From Lama guanicoe (lineage: Eukaryota): a stretch of 64,000 nt of DNA. The notes below the pieces were generated by a model, which saw only the letters and a list, made by a program, of their open reading frames with translations, was not told where the DNA came from and ran no database searches. How positions within the stretch are numbered: position 1 is the first letter of the stretch; the number at the start of each line of letters is the position of its first letter. Location of the stretch: contig MU056270.1 of NCBI GenBank assembly GCA_013239625.1, positions 124,001 through 188,000 on the forward strand, in the 5' to 3' direction. Shown here in pieces: positions 59,801 through 64,000 of the stretch. Position numbers and translations under genes: made by a program.

Positions 59801-62800
59801 GAAGGGAGTTTCAAAACAGAAATTTCAGTTTAAATGGGATGAGGGACACAGGCTGGCTCAGCAGCGACGGAGAGTCTTGTGGGTGCTGGGTGCCAGGGAG
59901 GGAGGGGCTGCAGGAGTTCAGAGGGCTCCCCTCCCAGGCGCTGGGGCCACACAGAAGGGCCCAGCATGGGGAGAGGAGGAGGACCACCAGGCCCTCGGGT
60001 CAGGAGGGAGGGCAGCACACCTCTCGCTGGCGGCCTCAGCCCCGTCCCAGCAGAGCTGTCCTCTGCTGTTCACATGTAGGGCCGTTAAATCTGGTGCTGT
60101 CTGATGGGCCTTAAGAACAACTGACAAAACAAAACTGACGCCTTTTGAGAAAGTCCAGCATGTGTCAGTGTGCAGACTGTCCCTGTCTGCTCCCCGGGGC
60201 CAGAGTGCCTTGCTTGTCTGACTACCCTGCCCCCACGCACCTTCCAGAACTTTGAAAGTTGAAGAGGAAACGGCCAGGGGGTCCAAAACACACATTTTAC
60301 CGGGCATCTGGGCCTGACTGTGAGTGGGCACCTCCAGCCACCCCTCCCTTCTCACCTTGCAGCATGTGGACCAGCACATGTAGGGGCAGGAGGCGCCTCG
60401 GCTCCTCTGTAGGGGAGGCAGCCGGGGGCAGGTGGGCAGCTCGGCAGCTCAGCAGCTCAGGCACCATGTGAACATGTGTGACTGTGCTTCCCTGGGGCCG
60501 AGGGACAGAGGGAGCATGCGGAGGGGAGCAAGCGACGGTCCTAGGGGCCTGGCAGAAAGGCTGGGTGAAAGGTCAGAAGCCAGGGGGCTGCGGACATCAG
60601 CAAAGTGTGTGGCCAAGGGCTAGCCTCACTGACCAGCTGGTTCTGAGGACATCAGTGCCTCTGACAACCCCTCGATCACTGGTGTTCATCTCCAAGACGG
60701 AGTCAGAACTCTGGCCTCACTGCCACGCTGACCAGAGAAATCATTTTCAAACGCACCCCTGAGCCTGTCTGAAGTGCTGGAACGAGGCTGCCGGTGGACG
60801 CACCCCTGAGCTCGGAAAGGGCAGAACATGTCTGGGGGCAGGTCTGTCTCCGGCCACGAGCCCAGGTGGGGCAGGACGGAACCGGCCTCTGTGTCCCAAG
60901 AAAGTTTTAGGGCTCGGACAGTGTGGTTTGCGGGCAGCAGCTGCCTTGGTGGGGAGGCCCCTCTCCGCGGGCCAGCCCTTGCTCCAGTTCCGAGTCAAAG
61001 CAGCCGTCCCACAGCACGCTTCCAGGGGTGCCCGCTTCCGCAGCGTGGGGTGCCGGGCAAGAGAGGTGGAGAACATGTATTTGAGCCCCTCAATCAAACT
61101 GCCTCCTGGCTTGGCCGGGTAGCCCTCCCACACTTCTGAAACCGAATCAGTCATCTGCATTCAGAAATGAAAGTTTAGAACATTATATAGAAAATGTGCT
61201 CCGATTTTTGTGAGCTAAACGTATGTGGAGAGGAGTTGAAAGAGGATTTTTTTGAGTTGCCTAAAATCCAAGGTAAAGCTTTGGACTCTTGCTAAAATTA
61301 GTTAACGCGTATAAAGCACTTAATCTGTTGTGTCAGAGGCTGTCTCATAGATAAGGCACCAATGATTTCCAGCCTAAGATGCCTGCGGAGAATCTCCCCA
61401 AGCGGCAGGGGGACAGGTGCTTCCCAGCCAGCGGCTCCTCCACCCGCTCCAGGCACCACCGTGCCCACCTCCCCCCAGTTCCCGCACCGGCTCGGTCTGG
61501 CTGCTTGCCTGGCCCTCAGGCCCCCTTGCCCTGCTTGGAACAGGGGTTTTTCTGCTCCACTGCCCTTCGGGAGACGTGCCCTGCCCTCCACAGGCTGAGG
61601 GGAGGGGGCCTACTGCATCTCAGTGAAGAGGGACGAGTAGGTGAGGACAAAGGCCCAGCCACGCAGTGGACGTGCTGCGGAGTCGGCGGCCCTGAGCTCA
61701 GTCGGCAGGAGCGGCCCTCATCTCCTTCGAAGGCTGGTGCTCCTCGTACTTGAAGACGAGGCAGGGGCTCCTCTTCTGCCAGACAACATGTGCCCCCCAG
61801 ACTCTGCCCTGCTGCTCCTCCTGGCTGGTCATGGGTGTCATGTTGCTAGCCAGCCCGGCTGGGGGTGAGCGGGAACCTCAGTCTCGCCCACCGAGACCAG
61901 CAGGACCCAGGCAGGCAGGCGGTCGTGGACATGGCTCTGAGGGTGCTGAAGTACCTTCAGGCCAGAGAGGCAGGACTGAACACCCCGCAAGGCCCGGGAG
62001 GTGCTGGGCACATGCAGAGAAGATGGTGCCCAGGAGGAGAGAGAGAAGGCCACACGGAAGGGGACGGGGTGCTCAGCCTGGAAGAGGTGGCAGGAGGAGT
62101 GGGACCTCACACCACAGGGGTCCTCAGCAGGATGCAGCCTCAGGGAGCCCGGTGGTGATTAGGAGTGGGGTCACTCGTGGAGGCCAGGTGGGAGGCGTGC
62201 CCCCAGCACCCTGTCTTGTCCCACACAAGTCTGCTCCTCCCCCACACTTCTTTGTTTGGGTCTTGGTCACACCCTCCCCCATCTCTGAGCCTGGAAACTC
62301 CAGTAATTTTAGCTCCAAGCTCGCTGTACCACATCCACCCTCCTGCACGCCGTCCCCTCTAAACCCCCCTTCACGCGTCCTTGTCCCAGAGCCCCCTGCT
62401 CTCCCTGGGGCCTCCCGGGGCCCCTGGCCTTTCTTCCCTCTCCGGCCTCCCCAGGCTCACCAGGCAGTCTGTTCTCCAGCAGAGCTCTCACCTTGTGATG
62501 GGGGAGCATGAGTCACTGGAGAGAAAGCTCAGGGAACACCGCGTGGCCCTCCCTGCACCCCTTCTCCATGTCATGTGACCAGGACTGTTCTGGATACATG
62601 CAGCTTTGTTGGCCTGAATTCTCAGAGTGGTGACGGTCAGCAGTGAATGGCTCCTGTGAATAAGAGGCAGCCCTGCGTGGCTCCAAGCCCCTGAGATCTG
62701 CAGCCTTTCCCGAAGACACACCCTGCCACCCACAGGGCCCTCGAGTCTCAGAAGTGGCACTTCCTGTGTGACAGGTGACAGCATGTCCCACCACGTCCAG

Positions 62801-64000
62801 CCTGGAGGAGGGTGGACAAACAAACTTGAGGAAAGCCCAGCCTCAGGGACTGCCGCAAATGAGTGGAACTGGCTTTTCACCTCTTTCTTCAATTTTCAGA
62901 AAATTGCCCAAAGTCATTGCAAACACCTCGCACTTCTGTTGACTTGGAGAAGGGAGTTCGCAGAATCAAGAGGTCCCTTGTTAAAGCTTACGTAGAGTCA
63001 GAGAAAGGATGCGTCACAGGACACTTCTCAGAACACTGGCCAGAGGAGGAGACAAGGGACAGCTGTTCACACAGTGTCTTTGACTCCCTGACTTTCTACT
63101 GCATAACTGACTGAAATCACAACCCAGCTTCCAACCTGCCCAGAGTGGGGAGGTCACTCCTGCTGCCGTGGCTGAGCTCTGGGAGCCCTCCAGGCTCCTC
63201 TGCAAAGCTCCTTCACTGAAGCTCAGGGCACTCTGCGAACTAAATTAGGAAAGTGAACACAGCTCTGTACAAAAAGATCCAGATCTGAGTGCCGCGTTGG
63301 CATTGCCAGGGATTTGTCCACCACCCTTTAATCCGGGTGTGCTGGGACAGCATTTAACACTAATTTCTTTCCCAGACAGCATTCTATCCCAACTCCTCTC
63401 CTGCACAAGTGGCTTATAGGTTAGGTTTTCCCAGAGGATTAAACACTCGAGGGCAGTGGCTGGGAGTCAGGACAGCTCCCTTGTTTCCTCAGTGTGAATA
63501 CGGCTTTGGAGGAAGAAGTGGGGGCCAGTGGTTAGGTCAGTGGCTTTAAAAAATGCAGCTTCTCTTACTCTGAACTCAGCATAACCAAAAAGGCCACTGG
63601 TTCCAAGAGCGGAAGGAAGAAAACAGCTAGCTAGGGCTGGAAGAAGGTCCAGGGGCTGCCTGGTGGCACAGCCGAGAAGGTCGGAAGGCCTGCCTGTCAC
63701 CCCCCAACCCCGGACAGAGCCGGGCCAGTGTGGAAGTGTCCCCTCCAGGCTGGCAGGCCTGCACTCGGAGGCTGATTCTGAGATACTGTCGCCGCAGGCA
63801 GCCAGACGCCTGCAGACCAGGGTGAAGGACCGCTGGCTGGTCAGAACGGGGCCCAGGCCATGGCCCACGGCGGCCCAGGGTGGGGCCTGAGCACTGCCTG
63901 CCCTGTCCTAGGGGTGGGGGGTCAAATGAGACAAAGTCCATGAAACATCCCGAAATGTCGAGCACAGCATAAGCAACAACCGAGCACGGGACGCCCCAGA

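Noticed and set aside
57000-64000. IRF4 promoter or exons
   Set aside because: No IRF tryptophan-repeat DNA-binding-domain coding sequence or clear promoter CpG island was seen; IRF4 is expected beyond the window by synteny only.

Overview
Eukaryotic, GC- and CpG-rich mammalian genomic DNA, most likely a camelid (tRNA-derived vic-1-type SINE at ~50.1 kb, artiodactyl-type L1 3' ends). The left half (1-~32.8 kb) holds the 3' part of DUSP22 (JSP1/JKAP dual-specificity phosphatase) on the + strand. I located six coding exons by translation and GT/AG boundaries (exons 3-8 in human numbering; exons 1-2 lie upstream of the window). The VHCLAGVSRS catalytic loop is intact and both alternative C-termini are present. 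The right half is the interval that precedes IRF4 in other mammals; no IRF4 coding sequence is visible. Nearly all ORFs in the supplied track are GC-driven noise. Four observations stand out. (1) A chain of minus-strand exon-like blocks with canonical splice sites, 88-122 nt introns, an open terminal exon and AATAAA signals at ~39.2-44.9 kb suggests an unannotated gene or decayed unitary pseudogene convergent with DUSP22. (2) A 31-nt near-perfect inverted repeat brackets the 50-nt DUSP22 exon that encodes the catalytic Asp. (3) A double AICE (BATF-IRF4) element, a second AICE, and octamer/MEF2/kB sites lie in DUSP22 introns, consistent with a lymphoid enhancer. (4) L1 copies show extreme, patchy AT-to-GC drift. 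No bacterial-type system (CRISPR, operon) is present.
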